Positions 1 to 10,600 of a stretch of 64,000 nucleotides of DNA are shown piece after piece. Within the stretch, counting starts at the first letter, position 1. Each line of letters begins with the position of its first letter. Under the pieces are notes generated by a model, which made no database searches, had not been told where the DNA came from, and worked only from the letters and a program-made list of their open reading frames with translations. Both the position numbers and the translations under genes were made by a program. The DNA is from Klebsormidium nitens (lineage: Eukaryota; Plantae; Klebsormidiophyceae), in the NCBI GenBank assembly GCA_000708835.1, contig DF236965.1, positions 62,001 to 126,000 on the forward strand, given 5' to 3'.

Positions 1-625
1 GAGATTGACGCGCGCCTGTTTATGCTTCGCAAGGACCGCCCCCGCATAAAGATAGCTCCGCGGATGAGCCCGTTCAGCGTACGTCATATTCCTGCGCTCC
101 AGTGTTGGAGCGCTGTAGAGGGGAAGCGATTGGGGCCAATCCCCGAGGGACACGTACGACCGAAGAACGGGGACGGGTTGCAGGAGGTATCCCTTGGTGT
201 CAACACTGGGCGCCTTCGCTTTGGCGGCCAGTGAAAGGGACGTCTCCGGACTGCTGTCACGACCTTGCGGGAGTGACCTGCAGGAGCGAACAGGGCAAAC
301 GTGGTCGACCCGCTGTGCAAAGACGGCCAAAATGATCAACAGGAGCGCGACGCGTCGATGGCTCGTCGGTCGCAGGCAACAGATCTCGAAGTATGTTGCA
401 ATCATATTGCGACGAAAGGGCGAGGGGAATAAAAGCTTCTCAAAAGGCTAGCGAAGATCGACGGGGACAGATGCAGCTTCCGGTGAGATCAGGCACTCTG
501 TGGACCAAGAAACAAAGTGGGCCCTCAGAAGTCCAAGGAGCACGACGCTACAGAGGATGGCTGCCGTGCAAAGCAAAAGCCGCTAGTAAGCAGCTCAAAG
601 GTCCGATTGGCATCCGTTTGCCCAC

Positions 626-3600
626 CTCAGGTTCGAGCCCCCCGCCTGCCCGGTTCGCTCTTCGCCGCCCACTTCCTCCCCTCCCGTTCTGCTGACGTAC
701 GATCGTTCCACTAGCTGGCCCCGCCCGGTTAGCTGCACCAACCGCAGACTCCCGTCCGCCGGCAGCGCCAGCAGCCCGCTTATGATCGGGCCTACCGGCA
801 CCGTCTCCTCTTTCTCCTTCTTCTCTAAGCTTCGCCCCGACCCCGGCCCCGCAGGTTCCGCGACAACCGCCTGATCCCGGTCGACGAACGGGGCGAGCAC
901 GCGGAACGGCCCCCCGAGGGCGTGAAGCAGGGGAACCCGCGACCGGGGGGTGCTTGCTTGGGCTGCTGGAGTGCCCCCCGAAGTGTCGGGGGCGTAAGCA
1001 AAGCCTATGACGTCGCCCGAGCTGTTGAACGCCAGGATGGAGCGGGAGTTGGGGGACGGTCCAAGAGGGAAGGAGGGGAAGAGGAGACCGGTGGGGGCTG
1101 CGTGGCTCAGGCAGTGGTCCCACTGCAGGCAGCGAGAGGGGCAGTCAGCGAGTTGGCAAGCAGCAAGCTCTGAACCCACTGCAGAACAAATGTTCGATCG
1201 TCCACATGTTTCATGAATCCCTTTGTTTGAAGAGCATGGACTTCAAGCACTTTCATGCATATCCAAGGAGCCCAGTGAACGCGGGCGACCGCTAGCCGAG
1301 TCACTTCCGAAGGGCGGCAAATCAGCCTAGGAGTGTGAAGCGGCTTTGCACTGTAAGTACAAGCGAGGCAACGCCGTCCTGACCTGTAGCAGAGGCGCGC
1401 TGCCCTTCCTCGTGTCCCACAAGAGCACGCGGTACGTCGTGGCCACCGCCACCAAAAACCGCCCAGCCCCGTCGGTATTCTCAGAACGCGCGAGCGCACA
1501 CACTGCCTCCGCTGTCTGCTGTACCAATCCCCCTGGCTCCCATGCAACTGCCCCCGCCCGTGGTTCTCCGGTCATCTCCAGCAAGCACCGTTCGGACTCA
1601 ACTTCAACTTCTTCCCTCCGAGCCAGATTCAGGATCGTAACGGACGTCCGGTTCGCCACGACCAGGGAATTTGAGTTGTGCCCGTACACGCATCGCCACC
1701 ATGTCTCGTCGCTCCTTCTTGCGTTTCTCCGGACCACCTGCTGCTTCGCTCCGACTGCCTGGGCCTTCTGATATTGCAGGGCCTCGTTTAGGGGGCGCCC
1801 CACACTTGAGCCCTTGGCAGCTGCCTCCTCCGCAATTCTTTCATTTCTACGTGACCCCACGGGATCCGATGTCCCCGCTTTCCCCGCCTCCTCCGCAAAG
1901 CTCTGCCCCCTCCGATCATGGCCAGGACTGGTCTCTCCATCAGCGGCCCCTTTCGATGATACACCCTCGGCTTCGCCCAAGGCGCCTTCCTCTTCCGGTT
2001 GCGAGAAGGATATAAGCTGCATCGCCCCCCTCTCTGAGACGACGGCCGCCTCCCTTCCAGAATGCAGATCCCACACCACATCCGCCACGGGGTCTCCGCA
2101 CTGAATCGTTGCTATTGGGAACACTTGTAGAACCCCCAGACGGTCCCACCGCACACTGTAGAACGCAGCAGCGTTAGCCGCACGGGCAGAAATCAACGTC
2201 CGCTCGTCCCAGGCTTTCGCCGGGCTCGCCACTATCTGCTGAATCGGGAGTCCCGGCGCCGGGCCCCTCGCACGAGATGAGCCCCTCGCCGCGGCGCATA
2301 TCGACTCTACCAGGCGAACTCGTACCACCTGCCTCCCGATGCGCACCCGAAAGATCCTCGCTAGCAGCTTGATGACAGACAGCACATACACTTTGGTGTT
2401 GGTGTGCGGGAAAGTGCGCTGGAGCTCCTCCACGGTGAGGCTAGGCAGACAGTGTTGCAGCAGGGTCGCACGGCATGCGGAGTAGCCAGCCGCCTTGGCT
2501 TCGGCAGCGAGGGCCTTGTAACGGGCAGAGTCGCGCAGCTCGACCCAGTGCGAGGGGCTACGGAGAAAACGCTTGAGGGTGACAGTGCCCTTTGCTGGTG
2601 CGGTTGGGCCGTCCTGTGGGGACAGTGAAACGAAGTTGAATTACTGCTTCTGACAGCTGTCAGTCAGAAGATGCCACAAACAGTGAGACCTGCTCACATA
2701 CCCACCCACCAAGATTTCCGCACGGTCAGCAACAAAACCTGCTGTCAGAAACTTCTCGTGATTGGTGTCTCAGCACGCTTCTCCCTCCCTTCAGTACATG
2801 ACCTAGGACTTTGTTAGAAGGCCCAACTCGCCTGCACTTCACCAAGATACTGTTCCACTGAAGGGGGACAACATGGCGGCCCACAAACTAGGCCAGTCCA
2901 ATTCCGGAATTTGCTGATGATTGTGTGCAACTTCTTTCGGAAAGCATACCTGCGCTGGCTCGATGTCCCTTGGAGGCGGCTCCTCCAGTTCGTGTGCGAT
3001 TGCTGCAATTTCGTCTTGGGCTTCACCTACGGGGAAGATGGTCACAAGAGAAGTCCCATCTACCCAGCCGGCCAGCTCGTTTCCAGTTCGGTCAGACAAG
3101 GAGTCCTCAGAGGGAGGGGGGGCTCCATTTGGTAGCTTGAGCAGGACACGGGAGTTGGCGGCAGGAACGAATGGAGCGCCGCCACCTGCGCATGGAAATC
3201 AGACGGACTAATCCTGTTACAATGCGGATTGGGCTTGGTTTGTGTAAGCCCACTCTCAACAGAACGTTCAGCAAGGCTACATCACTCCAGTCACCCCACT
3301 ACTTTCCTGCCCTGGATTTACAAAAGATATCTGCCGATGGTACCTCGTCAGAAGTCGATCAACGGGGCATATCCGCACCCACGCAGGATCAAGAGGCGAA
3401 CGGAATGCACGGCATTGTAAGCTGAACCTCACGCTGCGGGTCTTCCTTGAGTGCATGAAATGCTCTTGCCGAGCCTTCATTTTGCCAGTGGACGCCGGCA
3501 GTGTGCCCCCATCGCACCGCACTGCACGGATCGTCGACGCCCAGAGATGGCCAGACTCGGTCTACAGGGGCAATCGGTGGTGCACATAAACTGGCGTGCC

Positions 3601-3634
3601 CAAGGTTTGCTTGATCGTCATCGTCCTCTTCCAT
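626..3634 (-). CDS. TAF1C/Rrn6-like beta-propeller protein (RNA polymerase I SL1 subunit C-like); 3' exons unresolved towards the window edge
   Basis: Phase-compatible exons 3634-3433 (ATG; MEEDDDDQ...), 3185-2950, 2613-1384 and 1122-626, with GT/AG ends. WWRCVYGHNSNSLVVANRTSVTILNL and LLWDTRKGSAPLLQ|WDH resemble TAF1C-family propeller motifs. The family was assigned from remembered motif similarity only. Confidence 0.55.
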
Positions 3635-3874
3635 TCCTCTCACCGTAAAGTGCTTAGCAGACAACGTGCTTCTTGAAGCGGCTGCCTTCTTCCCGATGCT
3701 TTGAGTGGCTCCCAAACTTACAGAAAGATGTGCAAGCTTTCTCGCAAAAAGGGCTAAGCATCCGGATGACTTTGCCCTCAACGAAAGGCTTCAACTCCTT
3801 CGAGCTAGAGCCTCTTGACTCTGGGCAGGGAGAAGAGCCTTTGCACGAGAGAGAATTAGGCCTGCTATTAATAT

Positions 3875-3898
3875 TTAGGGTTCTGAAGCGAACCCTAA
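3875..3898. promoter_or_regulatory. Inverted pair of telo-box-like motifs
   Basis: TTAGGGTTC (3875-3883) and GAACCCTAA (3890-3898) form a perfect 9-bp inverted repeat about 240 bp upstream of the TAF1C-like ATG. Confidence 0.35.
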
Positions 3899-4671
3899 GC
3901 CGCAGTACGTACTGTCATCCAATACCGTGCCAATTATTTCACGAAAAGTGGCCAAAGTAGGTATGTACCGGAAATGCAGTGACTCGATCGCAAAGCAGAT
4001 TGGAAGGCTGGTATGTACCTGTATAGGATACCGTAGATTAATTGGTAAACGCAAAAATATGTGACGCGGGCCCGGTACCGTACCGGATCTCGAGTGTCGA
4101 AGCAGCACGCAATAAATGTAAGAATGGCCCCGAAATACCCGGAACACACACTCCCTTGATCGCACAAACAGAACTGGCTCCTTTGACGATTCTCAACATG
4201 CTCAAAGCCACAGTCTCTAACCTCGGGTTTACGCTTCGCTTCCAAGCAATTAATCCTTGATGAAAGGTTCGCAGTCAAGCTTAACCCTGTCTTGGAGCAT
4301 TGCACTGAGTCTTCATGTAGATCTCCGTTCTCTTTCTTCGAGAAAGGTGGAAACGATCGACCACCTCCAATGCCATTCAGCTGCGCATCTGGGCGCCATT
4401 CCAAGTGACTTTTCGTTGATTGCCAGATGCTTTGAGAAACCTACCAAAACATGGGTTTGCAAACCAGCTAGCGGGATGCTAAGTCAGCAGCGTCAGATAG
4501 TCCCACCAAGAGGGACAACGCGCTTCGCTAAAGGGACTCAGCAGACTTGTTGCTCTTTGGAGACACTTCAGCGGGTTTCACGGTCGAGATCTGAGCAGAA
4601 CGAGTCTGCTCGTGGGGCATAGGGTATGGCAAGTAAACGCCCATGGTGTTTGGGGAACTAGAGAGGGCCCG

Positions 4672-7600
4672 ATGATGGGTCGCTTGAGGGGCCACACGCT
4701 CCTCAGGGCTGGCTTGCTGCTGCTTGTATGGCTGCAGGCAGGTGAGCGATGAGCAACGGTTTCTCTGCGCAACATCGCATGGCTACTCTCGACAAGCATT
4801 GGCATTTTGGGGGCATTGGATCTAGGGAGTGTCATTTTCATGTATGTCTAGTATTGACTCTGTTTGACTCTGGTTTAGGACGGTTTTGGGCTCATCATTT
4901 GGACCTCGTGTCTTCAATAGCAGTGTCAGCATGAGCTGGTTGTCAATGTTGCCGGTGAGCAGCATTCTTGCTAACCTCTCTGTTTAGGACATGTGGACAT
5001 GAAACTTGCACGATTTGGTAAAGCCTGGTGCTTAATGAGGTGGAGGATTCAAGACATCTTGTCTCTGAAAGGAAGCACAAGTAGTGGTTGACAGGCAAAA
5101 GGCCTTTCCAGCTGCGGAATGCCTTATTCTTGGTCAAAAGAAGGAGCTTGTCAGAAACTTAAAGTAGTTTGATAATGTGTTCCCATCGTCACACGACCAA
5201 AGCTTCTTCTCAAGGGCGAGAAGCGGGGCAAATATGGAACGGGCCCATTGAAATGCAGAGCTAGGCTTTGAAGGCACTGCTCAGCAGTCTAGGCCTATGG
5301 TGTGGCTCTCCCGTAGTGCGCTCCCCCACCGTGTGCACTTTGCTGCAAGCTGTGCCGGAGTGTTTAGCATGCTCGCTGAGCCGAGTGACTCACTGGATGT
5401 GGTCACAGGATGTTAGAGCCAGTGTATCAGACCCTAGGCTCCTTGACTAGCGCCCAGGATATGCCAACGGTGGGGTTTCTCTGGTTTAGATACTCCAGAC
5501 GGAACGAAACGCTGCCTCGGTGAAGGCTCTTCAGGGCGGTGCCTGTGCCGCATGGTCCTGGCTGCAGCACTGCTGAGACCAGTTTCCGTCGCTTTGGTAC
5601 CATTGTTGCCATGGCATCCTGCACCCGTCTTGCGGCACCCTTCTCAAGTTTTCCTCCCTGTTGTCAAGAGTTTTGACACCTCCTCTCACATTCCCGCTCT
5701 TTCTGCCTGTCAGGCTCATCCTTTGGGCTGGGCGTCGACGCTGCTGGCGTGGCCGTCGAGCGGCATGTTTCCAGCGGGCGCGCCCTGTCCCGGCACCTCC
5801 TCCAAGCTCTCGCGCCTAGTTCTGGAAGCTCGTCGGGAGGATCACCCAACGACGCCCCAACGGCAGCCCCCACCAAAACCCCAACGACGGCCCCGACCCC
5901 TACCCCGGTCGCTACACCCGCCCCAACTCCCACCCCCACAAAACCCGCCACGTCACCTCCACTCACGCCCTCCCCCACCACTGTTGCACCTGTGGCAACC
6001 AACGGGCCAGCACCCACCTCGGCGCCAACCACGGCCGCCCCCACTGACACCCCCATTCCAGAGCTCACCACTCTACCACCTGCGGTCACGCCCGCGCCCG
6101 CCACGCTGCCCCCCCTCACGCCTGCACCGACCACGGCCGGTCCGACCCCCGCTCCCACCCCCCTGGCGACCACAGCGGCGCCGCTGCCCCCTGCCCCCCT
6201 CACCCTCGCGCCCACGCTGGCCCCCATCCAGCCGCCCAGCCCCCCCCCAGGTAAAAACACGCCTTCGCCGCTCCCTTCTCTTGTGCCCGCCACGCCGCCG
6301 CCCACGCCCCCCGCCACGTCATCGCCGCCAGGTAATTCGCTCGCCCCTCTCACGGTTAACGAGTCCGCTCCGGCGCCAGCACTTGTAAAGCCCGTCGTGG
6401 TTCCTAACACGGTTAACGAAACTGCTCCGGCCCCAACACTTGTGAAGCCCGTCGTGGTTCCTAACACGGTTAACGATTCTGCTCCCGCCCCAGCACTCGT
6501 AACCCCCGTCGTGGCTCTGGCCGAACCGCTCGCGCCCGCCCCCATTGCGAGCGTCACAGGAGCCTCGCCAGGTATGTCCCCCACCTCGCCCCTCGTTTTA
6601 GCACCGCCCGATTCGCCTGCCGCCGCACCGCAAGAAAGCGCCATCCGGGTAGGTTCATTAGTCTTTTCCACCCCACCGAAGTTTCTCGCTGCACCACTGT
6701 CCGCTCCACTGCCCCCTAACGCCACCTCAGGTAGGCCCCCCCCTCCCGTGTTCGTCCTTCCATCAGACTCCCTGGCCCCAGGGCCCGCCGCAGTCTTGTC
6801 CCCTGCATCGCCAGGTGGGTGTGTCCTTGATATCCATTCTTTCTAGCTCTCTCGTTTTGACCACCGTCACCTGGCGCAACTCTTGGTTTGTCAACAGATG
6901 GGTTCTGTCCCCCCCCCTGGGTCACTTGCTGAGGGTCACTCCGCTTTATGTACACCAATGTTCTTCCTGGTTGAACGTGAGCTTGGGAGTGAATGCAGGC
7001 CATGTTTTGCTTCAAGATTTTAGAAGTCAAACCTCTTAAAAAATCTATGTTTTGCAAGCCTCAGCAAAGGGAACATGTTCGGGTCGACGTATGCTCTTGT
7101 GATTTTCATAGTAAAAGTGTGGCGCGTTCAAAGTGCCATGGAAGAGGAGGCAGCATTTTTTAAGGCTTCGAGAGCGCATCTGGTGTCTATGAATAGTGCA
7201 ACTGAAGGGAGAGGCGAGAGCGGGGGACAAGTTGCAGTTGAGGATTACGTGGATTCAGCCCTTGTCTTACGTTTCACCTGTTTGTATCAAGCTCTTCATG
7301 AGGTGCAGAAAACCTGAGCAGTGTTTGGGCATGACGTAAGCTTGACATGAGCTGTTGATGCGGAAGCGCTAGGCTGCAGTGCAAGTTACGTCCACATGGG
7401 TGTCACTTGTGGCATCTTCAGTTTGGGTAGGACGAGCTCTGACAGGTGCACTTTTGGCAGGGCCAAACGATTTCAGACCCACCTATAGCAAAGAGCGCAG
7501 CTTATCATCATGTGAAGTACAAAGTGGGTGACTACTGCTGTCAAATGGAAGCTAGTTTGTCCCTGTGAAAATACCTTGAATTGGTAAAGATAGTTTTGCC

Positions 7601-10600
7601 TCGGTGACACTTTGTGTACAGGGCCGCAACTCCGCAGTGAATCAAGTACTTTTCTTAGTCCATGGCCTCCACTCCTGTCTTTGGCAACTTAAGTATATAT
7701 GCGTTGCATTATGTGCTGGCAGCACTAACATAACCATATGGATTCAAAACTTTTTCACCTCCTATCCTTCCATGTTTATCCAGCCTTTGTGGTTGCCGCT
7801 CTTCGCCTGGCACCAAACCTGCTTTCTTTCTTGCTTTTCGCTGCCGCTTCCTCCCTCAAGTCATAAACACACTCATTTCTTTGTGGGGCACTCCCTCATC
7901 GTCCAGATTACAACCCAATTTTACTCTTCCCCCCCCTGCAGCGTGCCTGCCTGGGACCCCTTCCTGTGACCCCCTAGTGGTGAAGCTGCTCCTGTCCAAC
8001 ACCGACTACGGCACGCTCAGCCAGTACCTCTTTGCCGAGCTGGCTTCCCAGCTTGGGCTGCAAAGCAACCAGTTCCAGATCTCAGCAGTTACCGCAGGCG
8101 CGGGCCGTGAGTTCAACGTCACCTTCTACATCCTCCCAGTCTCGGGGTTCAACATCTCGGCGCCGATCGCGCAGAACGTTTCGAGGTCGCTGTCGACGCA
8201 CACAGTGAAGCTGGACCAGGCGCTGTTTGGGAACTACACGTTCTTCTACGCGGTGCCCAACTCGGCGCTTGAGATTGCGCCGACATCCCCGCCCGGTAAG
8301 TTGCCCCGCTGGTTGTATCAATTAGGGGTTTCTGTAAATTTGGTCAGGCGTCGTTTCTTTGACAGGTTACTCTTATAACGAGTCTGTCAAGTTCAAGCCT
8401 CATTGCCTGCATCAGGTCAGGATGGAAGCTCCATGCAGCCAGCGGCCCTATTTAAGAAGCTTTCTGGACGCTCATGCTTGTATATCCTAGCATCTGCGTA
8501 CTGTCCATCTTGGTCCCCTCGCAACTACATGACTTGCTTTTGGCAAAAGAGAAGCCATTCTTCTCAGCAAGCAACTATGGTCTGAACACTCTATACCTAC
8601 TTTAACATGCCAATTCCCCTAAAGCTGCCATACCTTATGCCAAAGCTGACCCCTTACGCACCTTCTCCTCAGTGGCCCCTGCTCCGGCGCCAGTCCCGGC
8701 ACCGGCCCCGGCGCCAGGCCCAGCTAATAGCACGGTTATACCGCCTGTAAATACCGGTGGAGGAGGGGGCGGCGGTGGGGGTAGTGGCACAATCATTGCT
8801 GTGGCAGCAGCAGTGGGGGGGGCGGCAGTTCTTGCGGTGGCTGCACTGGTACTGTGCTGCTGCTTGTGTAGAAAGAAGAAGGTGGAGGAACAGGACGACG
8901 CGTTCAGCGAGTACAGCAAGACCACCTCCGTCAACACGGGTGAGCGCGCCGGCGCAGGCCTTACCTGTTCATATGTTTCACTTTGCTCTGGTCGTAGGAT
9001 TTCGCTGTCAGGTTGCTTTGGTTGGCTTGTGCGTCTCCTTATGTAGCAATCACCGACTAGGTTACTGCTTAAAAGAGTGCTGTATGTCTGATTGCGTCCC
9101 AGCTGCGTGGATGCGGGGACGATCTGGCAAAGACGCGGCTCAGAATTCTGCCGAAACGCTGGCTAAAGGGCCAGAGAACATACTGCGAAGGTCTTAGCAA
9201 GCTGATGTTGTTCACTCTGACAGAGAGTCCAGCTGTTGTCGGTGAGACCACCACGATTCTGTAGCATTGCAACTCCGCACCTCGGTTAACATGTTTCCAG
9301 GCTTTCTACCCCGCCTCCCCTCGAAGAAACTTGCACTCGTTTAGACCTCGCTTTCTGTATGGTTCGTGCCATTCTTTCTCCACAGCCTCTGTTCTGCTGC
9401 ACGACCCTTTGGATACGGCCATTGTGCAAACAGGATTAATGACCAACTTCTTCCTTTCTCCCCGTGCAGCGTCTGCCCTGCTGACGCGTCCCCACGAGAA
9501 GCCGTTCCGTACGCTGTCGTCGGCAAGCATGCCGTCGGATAGCCTGCCGCGCCCGTCCAGTGCTCGCGTCTTCACTTATGAAGAGCTGGCGGACGCGACC
9601 AACGGGTGGGACCCCATGTATCTGCTGGGAGAGGGCGGATTCGGCAAGGTCTACAAGGGCGTGCTCAAGGACGGGATCAAGGTCGCCGTCAAGAAGCTCA
9701 CGGTAAGCGAAGTTCGCACGGAAGAAGGGTTTCGAGAATCATTGAGGAAGTGAAGCGCCTCTGAATGGGTAGGTTAGTCTGAGCGGTAAGGGTGGGTACG
9801 GGTGAATTACGCGTTTTTAGTCTTACCGGAACTGTTTCCGAGGTTCACTTTTTCCTGGCTTCTACCTCCGAGAAGTGTCCGATGATAAAGAAGGGCTGGG
9901 TCATGGTGGCAGTCGTAAAGAAGATGACTTGTGGGGTCTGCAACTGCGGCGGAGTTTACTGATTCGTAGTTTTGGTTTCAGCTTCAAGTAGCTTCTTTGC
10001 GTCTGATGGTAAGTGTCGCATGCTTGCTTCAGGCTGGAGGCCATCAGGCGACGGCAAGCTCACTAGTTTCTGACACGCTTTTCTTCTTCGATCACATTCT
10101 CTCAAACGTGATTCTCGTAGCCAGTGTTCCATGAGGGGGTTACCGGGGCGAACTCCTTTTTGACACTTTTGTCAGCTTCAATAGCGCATCACTCATGAAT
10201 ATTCACAGTGAGTGTTGGCGCTGGCTGCAGGTGGGGGGCCACCAGGGCGACCGCGAGCTCACTACTTTTTGACACTCTTTCACCTTAATCAGTGCTTCAC
10301 TCATAAACCTCAGCAAGTGTCGCACGGTGGCTGCAGGTGGGCAGCCACCAGGGCGACCGCGAGCTCACCAGTTCTTGACACTCTTTCAGCTTCAAGTAGC
10401 GCCATCAGTCCTAATTCTTACAGCGAGTGTCGCGTTGCTGGCTGCAGGTGGGCGGCCACCAGGGCGACCGCGAGTTCCAGGTGGAGGTGGAGATGCTGAG
10501 CCGGCTGCACCACCGGCACCTGGTGAAGCTCATCGGCTACTACTACCGCCCGGAGCAACAGCTGCTCTGCTACGAGCTCGTCATGAACGGCTCGCTCGAG

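Noticed and set aside
5552-6725. Long overlapping ORFs 5552-6388 (+) and 5664-6725 (-)
   Set aside because: These are shadow frames of the GC-rich, Pro-rich kinase exon, where low-complexity codons lack stops.
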